Assembly (NCBI GenBank): GCA_038087875.1
Contig: CM075999.1
Span: 310,001 to 374,000 of the forward strand
Source of the DNA: Malacoraja senta
Lineage: Eukaryota
Direction: 5' to 3'
DNA: 64,000 nt
Below, one piece after another: positions 24,066-36,935 of the stretch. A model generated the notes under the pieces. That model did no database searches. It saw nothing but the letters and a program-made list of their open reading frames with translations, and was not told the origin of the DNA. Position 1 is the stretch's first letter; the number at the start of each line of letters is the position of its first letter. The position numbers and the translations under genes are program-made.

Positions 24066-24864
24066 AGCATGCACATCATGGGAGACAACGTCCTCTCTGG
24101 TCCACAGCCTTTTCACAAAGACTCAGCAATGGTCATAGCCAAGCTTTGTTTACACACCAGCACCTTCCGCAGGTTCAGCTCGACAGGTGGGTACCACCAG
24201 GCATAGTGTCTGACCCATTCAATACCACCCGGCTGGTCCATCCCCACTGGACCATCTCGGACAGCTGATTGTGAAGGCCACCTGTCAATACCGGAGCAGA
24301 TCATGGGATGACGTGAGGTTGGAGAGGGATATTATACAGGGAACGAGGAGGAGCAGTCCAGGGATTGATTCCCCTACCCTGTGTAAAATACAGTGCATTT
24401 GCCCTATCTAGTGTCACTGGAAATTTAAACAAGGTCAGTGATCAGTGAATGCTGTTTCCGACCGACTGCAGCAATGGACACTGCTCCACGCGCCCCGCCC
24501 CTTAACTCATTTACTGGCATTCCCTCTTAACTAGGCCATGGCACTAGCATTCCATTGCTGATCCACACCCTAACATACTTAGCACAGATGTAAACCAACA
24601 CACACCTCGCTCAGCTTTTATACAGTGGTAGTCCCACTGTTTGTGGCAGCATTATCACCCAAATGTACAAAGCTCACACACGGAGTAGCGTCCTTCTACC
24701 TTGTAGCTAACTGCTGGGACAGGCACAGCCATGTGTCATTGTCCCCCATGGTGAAGAGTTGCCAACTTGAAGGTATTTGTCCACTGGGCTCTCAGCTCGG
24801 CCGGTTGCAGTGCTCACAACATGCACCAAGCCAAGGTGTGGCCCAGAGTCAAGCCCAGCTTCGG

Positions 24865-25205
24865 AGGTGGAGAGGATGTTTCCACTAGTGGGAGAGTCTA
24901 GGGCCAGAGGCCATAGCCTCAGAATAAAAGAATGTACTGTTAGAAAGGAGATGGGGCGGAATTGCTTTAGTCAGAGGGTGGAGAAACTGTGGAATTTGTT
25001 GCTACAGAAGACTACAGAGGCCAAGTCAATGGATATTTTTAATGTGAAGATTGATAGATTCTTGATTAGTACGGGTGTCATGGGTTATGAGGAGAATGAA
25101 GGAGAATGGGGTTGAGAGGGGAAAGATAGATCAGCCATGATTGAATGGTGAAGTAGACGTAATAGGCTGAATGGCCTAATTCTGTCCCTATAACTCCTGA
25201 ACATG
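24865..25205 (+). mobile_element. CR1 3' fragment
   Basis: ERMFPLVGESRARGHSLRIK...FSQRVEKLWN. Confidence 0.85.
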
Positions 25206-26045
25206 GAGTCTGGTCTGTTAAAAGTTCAGCAGCCTTCCGCCACCTCCAGTCACATGGGGACAGGGAGCGGCGCGCTGAGGTGATTAGTGACCATGATTGG
25301 TCTGCCTCCCCGTCTGTCCAGGGCAGATATGACTTACTGCTGGATGTTCTTCCTACACCATGCCCCCGTGTCCTGGCAGATTGGGCAGTGGCCCTCTCTG
25401 GGCAGATGCCCTGCCACACGGCACCCACAACTTTACTCCCTGTTGGCTTCTGCAACCTGCTTCAACTCCAGGAGTCAGCAAACACTTGTTCAATTCCAGC
25501 GGCAACAATCTGAAGAAGGGTCCGGACTCGAAACATCACCTATCCACCTCTCTAGAGATGCTGCCTGGCCCACCGATTAACTCAAACACTTTGTGTTTTG
25601 CTTAAGATTCCAGCATCTGGAGTTCCTTGTTCCTACACTATGAGCAAGTAATCCCCATGTGTGTACAGCAAATCCATATAAAAAAGCAGGTGGGAAAGTA
25701 AGGGGATCCTTCTGCTGGAGAAAGCATCTCCTTCTAGACATGTCCTGCAGAAAACGTTGTTTATCCACCCCCCTCCACAGATGCTGCCTGACCCCTTGAG
25801 TCTCTCTAGCACTTTGTGCGTTTTGCTTAAGATTCCAGCATCTGCAGTTCCTTGTGTCTCCCAGAGGGCAGCAAATGGAACATTGATCTTCATAACCGCA
25901 GTGTTGTATCTGCCTCATGCCACAACCCTTCGGGGGAGGGGGGGAGGGATATTAGTGTGTCTACTAATCTCTGACAATTATGGCGCTCATCATGACCACA
26001 ACCACATTACAAATTAAAACACAAGTACTTGCTTTATAACTCCAG

Positions 26046-27030
26046 GGTAGACAAAAATGCTGGAGAAACTCAGCGGGTGAGGCAGCATCTATGGATCGAA
26101 GGAATAGGTGACTTTTCGGGTCGAGATGAGGGTGGGTGGGGCGGGACGAAAGAAAGGAAGAGGCGGAGACAGTGGGCTGTGGGAGAGCTGGGAAGGGGAG
26201 GGGAAGGAAGGAGAAAGCAAGGACTACCTCAAATTAGAGCAGTCAATGTTCATACCGCTGTGGTGTTAACTACCCAAGCGAAATATGAGGTGCTGCTCCT
26301 CCAATCTGCGGTGTGACTCACTCTGGCCATGGAGGAGGCCCAAGACAGAAAAGTCGGATACGGAATGGGAGGGGGAGTTGAAGTGCTGAGCCACCGGGAG
26401 ATCGGGTTCGTTAATGCAAACTGTGCAGAGGTGTTGGGCGAAGCGAGTGTCATCGATGTAGAGCAGTTGACACCTAGAGCAGCGGATGCAATAGATGAGG
26501 TTGGAGGAGGTGCAGGTGAAGCTCTGCCTCACCTGGAAAGACTGCTTGGGTCCTTGGATGGAGTCGAGGGGGGAGGTAAAGCGACAAGTGTAGCATTTCC
26601 TGCGGTTGCAAGGGAAAGTACCAGGGGAGGGGGTGATTGGGTGGGAAGGGACAAATTGACCAGGGAGTTGCGGAGAAAGCCGAAAGGGGAGGAGATGGGA
26701 AGATGTGGCCAGTGGTGGGATCCCGTTGAGTGGCAAAAATGTCGGAGGATTATCTGTTGTATGTGGCGGCTGCTAGGGTGGAAGGTGAGGACAATGGGGA
26801 CTACAAGTGGGGGGATGGGAAGTGAGAGCGGAGTTACGGGATATAGAAGAGACCCTGACGAGAGCCTCAGCTATAGTAGAAGAGGGGAATCCCCGTTCCC
26901 TAAAGAATGAGGACATCTCCGTTGCCCTGGTTTGGAACACCTCATCCTGGGTGCAGTTGTAGCGCAGACGGAGGAATTGGGAGTAGGGGATAGAGTCCTT
27001 ACAGGAAGCAGGGGTGGGAAGAAGTGTAGT
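26046..27030 (-). mobile_element. Penelope element fragment (RT thumb/linker, GIY-YIG, terminus)
   Basis: ORFs 26773-27033 (SIPYSQFLRLR) and 26266-26736 (PCNRRKCYTC, NLIYCIRCSRC). Confidence 0.9.
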
Positions 27031-27807
27031 CATGATGAAACTGAAACTGATCGGCCTCTATGAGGAGCTCGCCTTCACTGACCTGGAGCTGGTGGTGGCT
27101 GCCCTCAGAGACAGTCAATGTGGACCAACTCAATGAAGAGTTTTGTGCTGACCGAGAGGAAATTCAGAAAGCCACCAGTGAGAAGTGGGTGGCAGTTTTC
27201 CAAAACATAGGGAAAGCCAACGATCAACATGTTCAGGATTGTCTCATTTGTCCTCGGTGTACCAGGCTAAAATGCCCTTGTAGAGAGGATCTTCTCTCTA
27301 GTGGCCATTAAATGGTCAGACTCAAGAAACAGATGCAGCACAGAGCTGATCAAAAATGAACTTCAAATATCTGTGAACTGTGACTTGTCATGTAAGGACT
27401 TCTGTGTAAAAGGACAAAGGACTGCTTGAATCTTGACTGACGGTGAGTCCCCCCACCTTTTCCTCTTTTGCAGTGATTATATGTCTACTCTATAGGCACA
27501 TACAGATAGGGTTATTTGGTGTTATTTCATGTCTGACTGGTAGTCAGATTATGCTCTGTATAATGCTTTGTTATAATTTGGTGTTGCATTTCATATATAA
27601 CACTGAGGATATGAATACATGGTTCATATATTTGATTTGTTTATCTATTCAGGGTTGGGGTTTTTTCTCTCTCTCTCTCTCTTTTGAGGAAGGTCCTGTT
27701 ACCATGTGCTAGCTGCCAGCCCCCTCAGTCACTTCATCCCGGGCCTGCACCATACCCACACCGCTGCAGCACGCCACCTTTTGTGAGTGGGAAAGTTGGC
27801 AACCCTA
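27031..27807 (+). mobile_element. hAT DNA transposon 3' remnant
   Basis: Manual translation NALVERIFSLVAIKWSDSRNRCSTELIKNELQI (hAT C-terminal ERxFS motif); end GTTGGCAACCCTA resembles a hAT TIR. Confidence 0.7.
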
Positions 27808-27809
27808 CC

Positions 27810-29175
27810 GGTAAGGGACTCCATTCGGCCCTGGCGCCGAAGAAGTCTTTGCCCGCCTTATTGCGGCTTCCACTTCCTTCCACTTTGGTGGCAAAACATC
27901 TAACTTATACTCTATCTCTCCTAAGGGTCTTCTTTTCGTGCCCATCTTGTTACAAAGGACGCAAGCTTCCGGCGACAATCAGTGGAAGCCTTCACTTATC
28001 GCAATAGATGATGGTGGTAGCAGAATTAGCTCAGGATACTTCCAGTTACCAGCCCCGCCACGTGGACACTTCTTCTATGGGGCCTCTCCTAAGGGTGGTA
28101 TATTTGGAGGGAATCCCATTTCCCTTTTCTTTTCTGGATCTGAGTATGTCCTTTTAAAATATTCCTCTAACTCTTCCTTTGTAGCTTTGAACTTTCCACT
28201 TTTTTCCTGACTAAACATTTTTTTAACATATTTAAATGGACCCCTATAAAATTCTGACCTGACTCACTCCTTCTTCCTCTTAAGGTGTTCTGCCCTCCTT
28301 AATATTGCTAACCAATTTCTTAATTCTTTCTGGGAAACATTAATTCCCTCTCGCATCAACTGTAGCCTTTCTCCACTGCTCTCTCAAGTGTCTCCTCCAC
28401 TAATCTCTTGCTTTCTCTGTCTCGTCTAGATCTAAACACCTGTAGAGCCTGCATCTTCTTTTTCTCAATAACACCAAACCTATCCGCATCATATTGCTAA
28501 ATATACTCTCCCATCTTATCTAACTTGTTTTTCACTGTCCCTTAAGGACATTTAACTCTAGGTTTCAGCCCACCGTTCTTCTCCCTGAATGGCAGATTAA
28601 CCTCACCACCACCTACATCCCCCCTCTACAGCACTTGTTCCCTCCTCATCAGTAACAGGGGTAATGATATCCTGCGGACTGTGGTTTTCTACCCCTCGCT
28701 GAACTCGACTGACTTCTCAAGAAATACTGTTCAATGCGATTTCCCTGGACTCCCTTTAACAAGCACCTCTTCTTTCCCTGATGTATTCTGAGGCCTTTTG
28801 CTGTTGTTACTTTCTGCCAACCACAAGAACAGACCTGGATCTTCTTTCCCTCTACCACTGAGCTGCTGTCCTTCATTGATGCGCTAATCCTACTCGTAGT
28901 TTTTCCGTTCCATGGTCTGTAGCCGGTAATCCACCTGTGAGTCATCTTCCACCCCAGCTCTCGCAGACTCTAGGGGTATCTTTCTTTTATTTGCCATAGC
29001 TTTTAAGAGGTGCAGAGAGACTGTTTACAATCTATGCTACTGCTCCAATGAGGTGCTAACCCATAACAGCTCCAGTGGGGTCTATTCCCTCCTGTCATCT
29101 GTCGTTCTAAGCTGTCACATGGACTTTCTCTAGTTGTCAGCTGCTCTCTGTTCACAGCAGTCACTAGCTGGGCCA
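27810..29175 (-). mobile_element. HERO-like (R2-group) non-LTR element, 5' portion, decayed
   Basis: ATG at 28997 (MANKRKIPLESARAG), zinc-finger-like CSCG..GLRIHQGKKRC, PFKYVK..KSGK..EELEEYFKRTYSD, RT start IRRAKTSSAPGPNGVP. Confidence 0.7.
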
Positions 29176-30254
29176 AATGTTAAATTACAATTAAAACACA
29201 AAGTACTTGCTAGAACTCCAGGATAAGCGCTCAACTAAGAAAACCCAGCCCAAAACCAAAGTATTATCTAACTAAATACACCAACTTACAATAAATGACT
29301 CTATACAAAAAATAACACAAGACAGCTACCTACATATGAGATTTAAGATTATCATTTAACTTCTCTAACAACCTTCATGTACAAGAGTGCTTGTATGTCC
29401 CAGATCACTTTGGTGATGCCCAAATAGCCACAAGCATCTACAGATTTGAGATCCATGATCATAATCTTCTGCCTTACCAAGAGCCTTTCATTATTGCTTA
29501 CCCTGTATCTTTCTCAGAAATCTATTTAATGTACATCTTGAGCGAAAAATAACCTTTGTTTTTGCTGTTTAGCTTCAGCCCTGCTATAAATACTCTGTCT
29601 CTGCCTAGGCGGACTGCTGGAGGCTCTCTCTAATTCCATTGTACCATTTAAATGTCAGATGTTTTCAAGCCACTTGTTCCTGAGCCTCGAGGTTTATTGT
29701 CAGTTTTAGACTGACCTAAGCAGTTTGATCAGGAAATTTAAACAAAAACAAACCTGTCCACTTTTCCAAATCTCGAGGGCCTGGCAAGGCATTAGCTCTT
29801 AGAGCACAGAACAGTACAGCACAGGAACCGACCCTTCGGCCCACAACGTCTGTACCGAACATGAGGCTAAGTTGAACCAATCTCCTCTGCTGCTCATGAT
29901 CCATATTTCTCCATTTCCTGCATATCCATATGTCTATCTGAAAGCCTCATAAATGCCACTATCATATCTGGCAGTGCGTACCAGGCAAACCTATGCCCTT
30001 TGACATTTCCACCCTGAAGGGATAAGCAGTTCCTCCAGCACTTTGTCTTTTGCTCAAGATTCAATCATCTTCAGTTCCTTTTGTCTACAGCTATTGGCTC
30101 AGTCGAAAAACTTGAACATTGGGAACTTTTTGCCATCTAGCAGGCACTATATAACTGGCTTGGAAACGGGCTCTTTGATGCACCGAGTCCTTGCCGACCA
30201 TCAATCCCTCTTTCTCATCCTTTTCACTGTACCTCAGCGCACGTGACAATAATA

Positions 30255-30465
30255 AACGTAATCCTAAACCTACATCCATAGGAACTACGGGCAATTTACA
30301 GAGGTCAATTAACCGACAAACCCGCAAGTCTTTGGGATGTGGGAGGGAACTGGAACGCCTGGAGGAAACCCACGTGGTCATAGGGAGAACGTGCAAATTC
30401 CACACAGACAGCACCTGAGGTCAGGAACGAACCCGAGGATCTGGCACTGTGAGACAGCAGCTCTA
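30255..30465 (-). mobile_element. tRNA-derived V-type SINE, partial
   Basis: Reverse complement has GGTTCGTTCC B-box and GCACGTTCTCCC..ACGTGGGTTTCCTCC..CCCACATCCCAAAGAC V-domain. Confidence 0.75.
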
Positions 30466-30564
30466 CAAGCTTTTAACTTAACTTAAAATACTAGAGTATA
30501 AAATATATCTTATCCAGATTATCTACTTGTAAATCTTTTTTCAATTAGTTGTGAATTATTATTT

Positions 30565-30855
30565 AATTTAGTTTAGTTTAGAGATACAGCCCGGAAACAG
30601 GCACTTTGGCCCATTGAGTCCATGCCAATCAGCAATCTCCACACACTAGCAATATCCTACACACACTAGGGGCAATTTATACAATTTTTCAACAAGCCAA
30701 TTAACCTATAAACCTGTACATCTTTGGAGCGTGGGAGGAAACCGGAAATCCTGGAGAAAACCCACGCAGGTCACGGGGAAAATATACAAACTCCATAATG
30801 ACAGCACCCACAGTCAGGATCGAACGCGGGTCTCTGGTGCTGCAAGGCAGCAGCT
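30565..30855 (-). mobile_element. tRNA-derived V-type SINE with (TAAAC)n tail
   Basis: B-box-like CGTTCGATCC, V-domain, CR1-like tail. Confidence 0.8.
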
Positions 30856-30859
30856 TTTG

Positions 30860-31135
30860 CAGAATTTGCAGAAAACAGAGTGTGGAGAAAAGGGAGAGAT
30901 GTGAATGGTAGTGGGATCATGTTGCAGGTGTGGCAAAGGCAGAGAATGGTGTGTTGGGTGCCGAGGGTTGAAAGGTGAGGACCAAAGCAACTCTATTCCT
31001 GGAGGTACAAGGACCTGTAGATGCTGGAATCTTGAGCAAAACACAAAGTGCTGAAGGAACTGAGCATTTCAGACAGCATCTGTGGAAGAAATGGATAGTT
31101 GACATTTCGGGCCAGGACCCTTCATCAGACTTATT
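30860..31135 (-). mobile_element. Penelope-derived fragments
   Basis: HLQHDPTT..HI linker remnant; CTGATGAAGGGTCCTGGCCCGAAATGTC core on minus strand. Confidence 0.6.
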
Positions 31136-31137
31136 GG

Positions 31138-31460
31138 AGTTTAGTTTAGTTTAGTTTAGCGATACAACAGACCCGGTGGGCCACCGAGTCCGCACCGACC
31201 AGTGATCCGTGCACATTAACAAGCCTACACACACTAGGGACAATTTACACTTATACCAAGTGTACAAACCCTAGCCAAATAACCTACAAACCTGGACGCA
31301 GTTGGAGTATGGGAGGGAAACGAAAATCTTGGGGAAAACCCACGCGGTCACGGGGAGAACGTACAGACCGTAAAGGCAGCACCTGTAGTCGGGATCGAAC
31401 CTGGGTCTCTGGATCTGTAAGCGCTGTGAGGCAGCAACTCTACCGCTGCGCCACCGTGCC
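31138..31460 (-). mobile_element. Near full-length tRNA-derived V-type SINE
   Basis: GGCACGG-TGGCGCAGCGG (A box)...GGTTCGATCCC (B box)...GTACGTTCTCCCCGTGACCGCGTGGGTTTT V-domain...(TAAAC)n. Confidence 0.85.
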
Positions 31461-31751
31461 GAGTGTAGAAGAATAAGCTGGAAAAGAGAGGTGGGGCAGG
31501 GAAGTGATAGGGAGTTTGATTGGGAGATGGGTGGAGTAAGTGACAAAGGCTGGGGGTAAAAGGAGACAAAGGGGTGTCAGATAGGGAGGGATGTGGTATA
31601 AAATGCAAAGCCAGAGGGTATAAGTAGAAGGGAACATTGGAGTGGAAAGAGAGGTGGGATAGTGGAAGTGATTCTGGGTGGGAGAAAACAGGAAAGATAG
31701 AGGGGTGTGGGAGGCTATTACTTAAAAGTAGAGAACCCAATGTTCACACCA

Positions 31752-31883
31752 AAGGTAGATGCAAAATGCTGGAGTAACTCAGCAGTACAGGCAGCATCTC
31801 TGGAGAGAAGGAATGGGTGATGTTTCGGGGCGAGACCCTTCTTCAGACCTTCGATTTAAACCAGCATCTGCAGTTCATTCCTG
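31752..31883. mobile_element. Penelope-derived mini-insertion with 15-bp target duplication
   Basis: CCAATGTTCACACCA at 31737-31751 and 31884-31898. Confidence 0.8.
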
Positions 31884-31929
31884 CCAATGTTCACACCATT
31901 GGTTTGTAAGCTACGTAAACAGAATACCG

Positions 31930-32144
31930 ACTGCCGGCATCATTGCCTGAAGTATCAGGTCACCGAAAAATTTGCGGCGTGATGCGGCATGACGAGGCGT
32001 GACGACGTATTGACACGCGGTGTTTTTTCAAGTGTCGCAACATTTTTTTTGCCGCCGCTAGATTGTGAAATATTCAAAATCTTTTGGCGACACTGGTATG
32101 ACGCCGGCAGTCACCGATAAAATCGGCAAGTGGGACAGGCCCTT
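31930..32144. mobile_element. Orphan end of a Harbinger-type MITE
   Basis: Ends AGTGGGACAGGCCCTT, similar to the right TIR AGTGAGACAGCCCTT ending at 53034; CpG-rich subterminal sequence. Confidence 0.55.
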
Positions 32145-32149
32145 AACAC

Positions 32150-32620
32150 CATTTTTTGACTAATGTGGACTCCCTTCAGTTCCTCCCTCCCACTAGATCC
32201 TCGGTCCTCTAGTATTTCCGGGAGATTGTTTATGTCTTCCTCAGTGAACACAGAACCAAAGTACTTGTTTAACTGTTCTGCCATTTCCTTGTTTCACATT
32301 ATAAATTCATCTGTCTCTGACTGTAAGGGACTTACATTCATCTTCACTAATCTTTTCCTTTTTACATACCTATAGAAACTTTTACAGTCAGTTTTTATAT
32401 GTCCTGCAAGTTTTTTTTCATGCTCTTTTTCCCCCCTCTTAATTAACCCATTTGTCCTTCTCTGTTGAGTTCTAAATTTCTCCCAGCCCTCTGGTTTGCC
32501 GCTTCTTCTGGTCAATTTATATGCCCCTTCCTTGGCTTTAACGCTATCCTCGAATTCCCTCGTCAGCCAAGGTTGAGCCGCCTTCCCTTTTATTTTTTTG
32601 CCAGACAGTGATGAACAATT
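32150..32620 (-). mobile_element. CR1 ORF2 internal fragment
   Basis: WEKFRTQQRRTNGLIK...IKTDCKSFYRYVKRKR, same region as 55117-56006. Confidence 0.9.
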
Positions 32621-32849
32621 TAGGGAGAGAGAGAGAGAGAGAGAGAGAGTTAACCTATTAATAGAGCAGGTAATTCAGTTGGAGTAGGTGAGTGAAAAGA
32701 TGTTGATGCAAATAGCTGAGCTTTGGTTAGAATGCACACAGCTTACTGTGCACTTTTTTGATCTCTTTACCAAAGAGATAAATATTATTGGAGAAGCATT
32801 GAGGGTTTGCTCAGTTGATTAAGGGGATACAAGGTTGTTCATTGAGGAG

Positions 32850-33236
32850 ACATAGAAACATAGAAACATTAAAAATAGGTGCAGGAGTAGGCCATTCGGC
32901 CCCTCGAGCCTGCACCGCCATTCAATATGATCACGGCTGATCATTCAACTCAGTATCCTGTACCTGCCTTCTCTCCATACCCCCTGATCCCTTTAGCCAC
33001 AAGGGCCACATCTAACTCCCTCTTAAATATAGCCAATGAACTGGCCTCAACTACCTTCTGTGGCAGAGAATTCTACAGATTCACCACTCTCTGTGTGAAA
33101 AATGTTTTTCTCATCTCGGTCCTAAAAGACTTCCCCTTATCCTTGAACTGTGACCCCTTGTTCTGGACTTCCCCAACATCGGGAATAATCTTCCTGCATC
33201 TAGCCTGTCCAACCCCTTAAGAATTTTGTAAGTTTC
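32850..33236 (-). mobile_element. CR1 3' end
   Basis: Near-identical to 53605-53990; (TTTCTATG)n tail. Confidence 0.93.
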
Positions 33237-33336
33237 CATCATTGAGAATAAGTGGAACAGGTTTGGAGATCCAACACGGTACCATAGGATTGAACCAGCT
33301 TTAGATAGCCCATGGCTGATCTTTATCTATGGATAG

Positions 33337-33429
33337 TAGACAAAAAAGCTGGAGAAAATCAGCAGGTGAGGCAGCATCTATGGAGCGAAGGAATAGGCGA
33401 TGTTTCGGGTCGAGACCCTTCTTCATCCA
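33337..33429 (-). mobile_element. Penelope-derived mini-insertion with 15-bp target duplication
   Basis: TTTATCTATGGATAG at 33322-33336 and 33430-33444. Confidence 0.78.
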
Positions 33430-35224
33430 TTTATCTATGGATAGATCATCATAATCCTTGATTCCCCTGTGGTCATAACATCGCTGTTTCTCTGCCCTAA
33501 ACACACTTAATGACCTGGAGTGACAAGAAATTGCAGATGCTGGTTTACAAGAAAAGACACAAAGTGCTGGAGGAACTCAGCGAGTCAGGCATCTATTCAC
33601 CTCCAGAGATGCTGCCTGAACCGCTGAGTTACTCTAGCACATTACGTCCTCTTTAAGACCTAATGACTTAATATCTTTAACTCTTTGGGATAAAGAAGTC
33701 TTACTTATAATTCTGAGAAAGGATATTCTACCTACTCTCAGTGATTAGTAAATAAGCCTAATCTGAAGACAATGCCGAGCAAACAAAACGAAGTGTTTGA
33801 GAACTCAGTGGGTCAATCTAAAGAAGTGTCCTGACCTGAACTGTTCTTTGCCCATCTTCCACCACAGATGTTGCATGACCCGTCAAATTTCTCCAACACT
33901 CTGCTTTGCACTCACGATTCCAGCCTCTTGAGCCCACAAAACAATGCTTCCTCGTTCTCTCCTCTTCAACCTGGCATCTATGACAGGAAGAACCTTGTCT
34001 CAAGAACATTCTATGCCACCGTGCACTTGGACTTCAACAGGCAAGATGTCAGGTTGTTCTGCAGGAAAGGACAGATCCTTTCCTGTCTCTGTTTGCCGCG
34101 GGTGCTGTATTGAGACAACTTGGTGGGTGCATGGGAAGAGATCTGCAAAGGTTTACTGGAGATAATGTTTCCTACTCTGGACCCTTCATCTCAGCTTCCT
34201 GGTCAGAGAGCCCTCTCTTCTTTTCCCAGCCAAGAGTGCGGCCAAGTGTGAGGCCCATCAATAAGTTCATGTCTGTCAGCACAACAGTACACAAAGGGGC
34301 CTGAAATAAATGGAGACACAGGGAACTGCAGATGCTGCATCTTGAATAAACCACAAAGCGTTTGGAGTACCTCAGCAGTTGAGGCAGTATCTCTGGGGAG
34401 CATGGACAGATGATGTTTTGAGTCAGGACCGTTCTTCTGACTGATTGTACCAGGGGGGAGAAATCTGTAAAAGTGGTGGGGATGGGAAAGAGCCTGACAA
34501 GTGTTAAGTGGATACACGTGAGGGAAATTGATTGGAATATGGGTGGAGTCGCCTCGGGGTGAAGTGAAGACAAAAGGGTGTACAGGTAAGGAGAGACCAG
34601 GAGTGAAATGTAAAGCCAGAGGGATGGATATAGGTGGAAGGGTTTGGGGGCCAGAAATAAATGTTGGCCCCATCAACATCCAAGGCTTCTACTGCTCCTC
34701 AAATACAATGTAAGCAACGGAGGATTCCTTTCAGTCGTGTGACTATGGCCTCTTTCCTTCTAGTGAATGTCACTATTATGTGTGTACATAATACTGCAGA
34801 CCGTTCATCAATGTGCCTCATTCATCAGTGTTCCTGCCAGTTCCACACTCCTTGCCAGCCTGGCTGGCTGTTTTGCATGCACAATCCAAGCTTGCCCACA
34901 ATACATACTGCCTCACGATACCCATTCACAATCCTAACCTCCAAGGATGAACACTAGCAGTTGACACCTCACACTGAAGCCATTTTGCTGCATGAAACAC
35001 TAATTCAACCTACTGAGTTCACGCCAGATCATGGTGCCTCCCACAAGTCTCATTCCCTCTCTTATATCCCAAATAGCCAATTCTCTCCCCCATTCTTCAT
35101 GAATTCCACATTGATTCTCACACCATGGGTAATTTACAGCAGCCAAGTAACATGCCAAAGTGCACTGGGCTACAACAAGATGTGGAGTCAAGTCAAGCTT
35201 CTGGTCAATATGTGTTATCCACAC

Positions 35225-35750
35225 AGGTTTTTGGCTCGTCTCTCCGGTCGCTCTAAGGCCCTACATCACGGAGCTGGAGGCCTCCTCGGGATTATCTTTG
35301 AGCCCCACCGCAGGTCATGGACTTACCATCAGAGCCGATCCCTTTCCTGGGATCGCTCCAACCGCGGCCTGCGGACTTTAACATCAAGGGCTCGCAGTCT
35401 CGGGGGAGACCGAGTCGGGAAGCTCGGTCTCCCCGTTCGACAAGCCCTGACCCAAGGTCAGATCGCCGAGATTTCACCCGACTGATCGCTCCGACGAGGA
35501 AGGCCCGCTGCCGGCTACGGGAGTAAGGTCGTCCCATCAATGGAAGACTCGAGGCCCCCGACTGCTGGAGGACAAAGAAGGGAAGAGATTGAACTTTTTT
35601 TCGCCTTCCATCACAGTGGGGAATGTGGAGGAGGCACTGTGGTGGATGTTTATGTTAAAAAGTATTTTGTGTGTTCGGTTGCCTTTTATATGTATGACTG
35701 ACGGCAAATGAAATTCCTCGTATATGGTGCAAAACATACTTGGCTAATAA
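35225..35750 (+). mobile_element. 5'-truncated copy of the GC-rich Rex-tailed retroposon family
   Basis: Colinear with 21440-22000 (GGAGCTGGAGGCCT, GAGCCGATCCC, CTCGAGGCCCCCGAC, AAATTCCTCGTAT..CAAAACATACTTGGCTAATAA). Confidence 0.85.
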
Positions 35751-35964
35751 GAGAGTTTGGTATTCCCCAAAACGCAAGGATTCATGGGATTTGTCAAAGG
35801 TCATTCACCATAAAGAAAAAGCGAACGAAGCGCTGGCTGCAGAAACTGTGTATAAATTCTTATCTTTATTCATAATTTATGTGTAAAAATATATTTAATC
35901 TGAGGAACGGGAGTGCCACATGGTCACATTATAGGAAAATTAATGGATTCCAGACTGGAACACA

Positions 35965-36165
35965 ATGATAATAATAATAATAATAATACATTTTATTTAT
36001 GGGCGCCTTTCACAAAGTCTCAAGGACACCTTACAAAGTTTAACAAATAGTGTAGAAACATGTAAGCGGAATGAAATAAATAGCAAAGACATCACCAGTA
36101 CACAAATTAAAGATAGAATTAAATCCCAAAACAAAAATCAAAAACACAACATGGAAGAGAGAGCA
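35965..36165 (-). mobile_element. L2-like LINE 3' tail
   Basis: Reverse complement TGTAAGGTGTCCTTGAG..GAAAGGCGCCCATAAATAAAATG(TAT)n. Confidence 0.6.
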
Positions 36166-36289
36166 GTTTCTTTCAAATTTCACTATTCTGCTAAATTCAA
36201 GGCAATGGAATTCTTCAGCCTCATCTATGAATACAAATGAGCAATGAAATTCTCGATTCCAGAGGGACTCCCATAAATGGTCAACTCCT

Positions 36290-36935
36290 CATTCCCCCAA
36301 AGGAACAGGTAGCAGGAGAGCGGGGTGGAACAGCGAGAGAGGGGGCAGATGTGAGTGGGAGACAGGGTAGAGCGCGCACACAGGCCCGCGCCTTATCCGC
36401 AGCCAGGATTGAACCCGGGTCCCCGGTGCCGCAAGCCCTGCCGAACAGCCACTGGATCGCCCCCCCAAACCCCACCCCCCAAACCCCCCCCCCCACCCGA
36501 GTGTCCTATCCCTGCCGGTTGGTGGCTGGAGACGTCCAAGGCAACCCCGGACCAATGACACCAGCGGTCCCAGGCCCACAGCCAGCACGGAGAAGAAGCG
36601 CCGACCCCAGCTCAATTCCTCCTGACCCGCCGAGCAACTGCAGCACGCCGTGTGCATCCCCCATTGATGACCAGCGCTTGGCCCCAGCCGGCACCAAGGG
36701 GGGCCAACTGACAGCCACTGTACAAGGAGGGAGGTCCCCGGCCCACCGGAGAACAGCCCCCCCCAGGAGCCAGAGCCAGCGCCTTCTCCCCACACCTCCG
36801 GCCACCTCCGGCTGCCCCCAGACAGGGACGTGACGCCCAGGAGGGGACGGGGACGGTCCAGCAGCAACTCAACAGTTCCCGCAGCGCTGAAGACCCGGTC
36901 CCGACCCCGACCATGGATGACCATGATCTCGATCA
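36290..36935. promoter_or_regulatory. GC/CpG-rich island-like segment
   Basis: Visibly high GC and CpG density relative to AT-rich flanks; no TE protein signature. Confidence 0.5.

Noticed and set aside
31380..31460. tRNA gene
   Set aside because: A and B boxes are present but continue into a V-domain and LINE-like tail in several copies, which makes it a SINE head.
33960..34303. Possible minus-strand exon after TTTATTTCAG at 34301
   Set aside because: The pyrimidine tract abuts a Penelope remnant, all frames contain stops and no clear donor was found; too weak to call.
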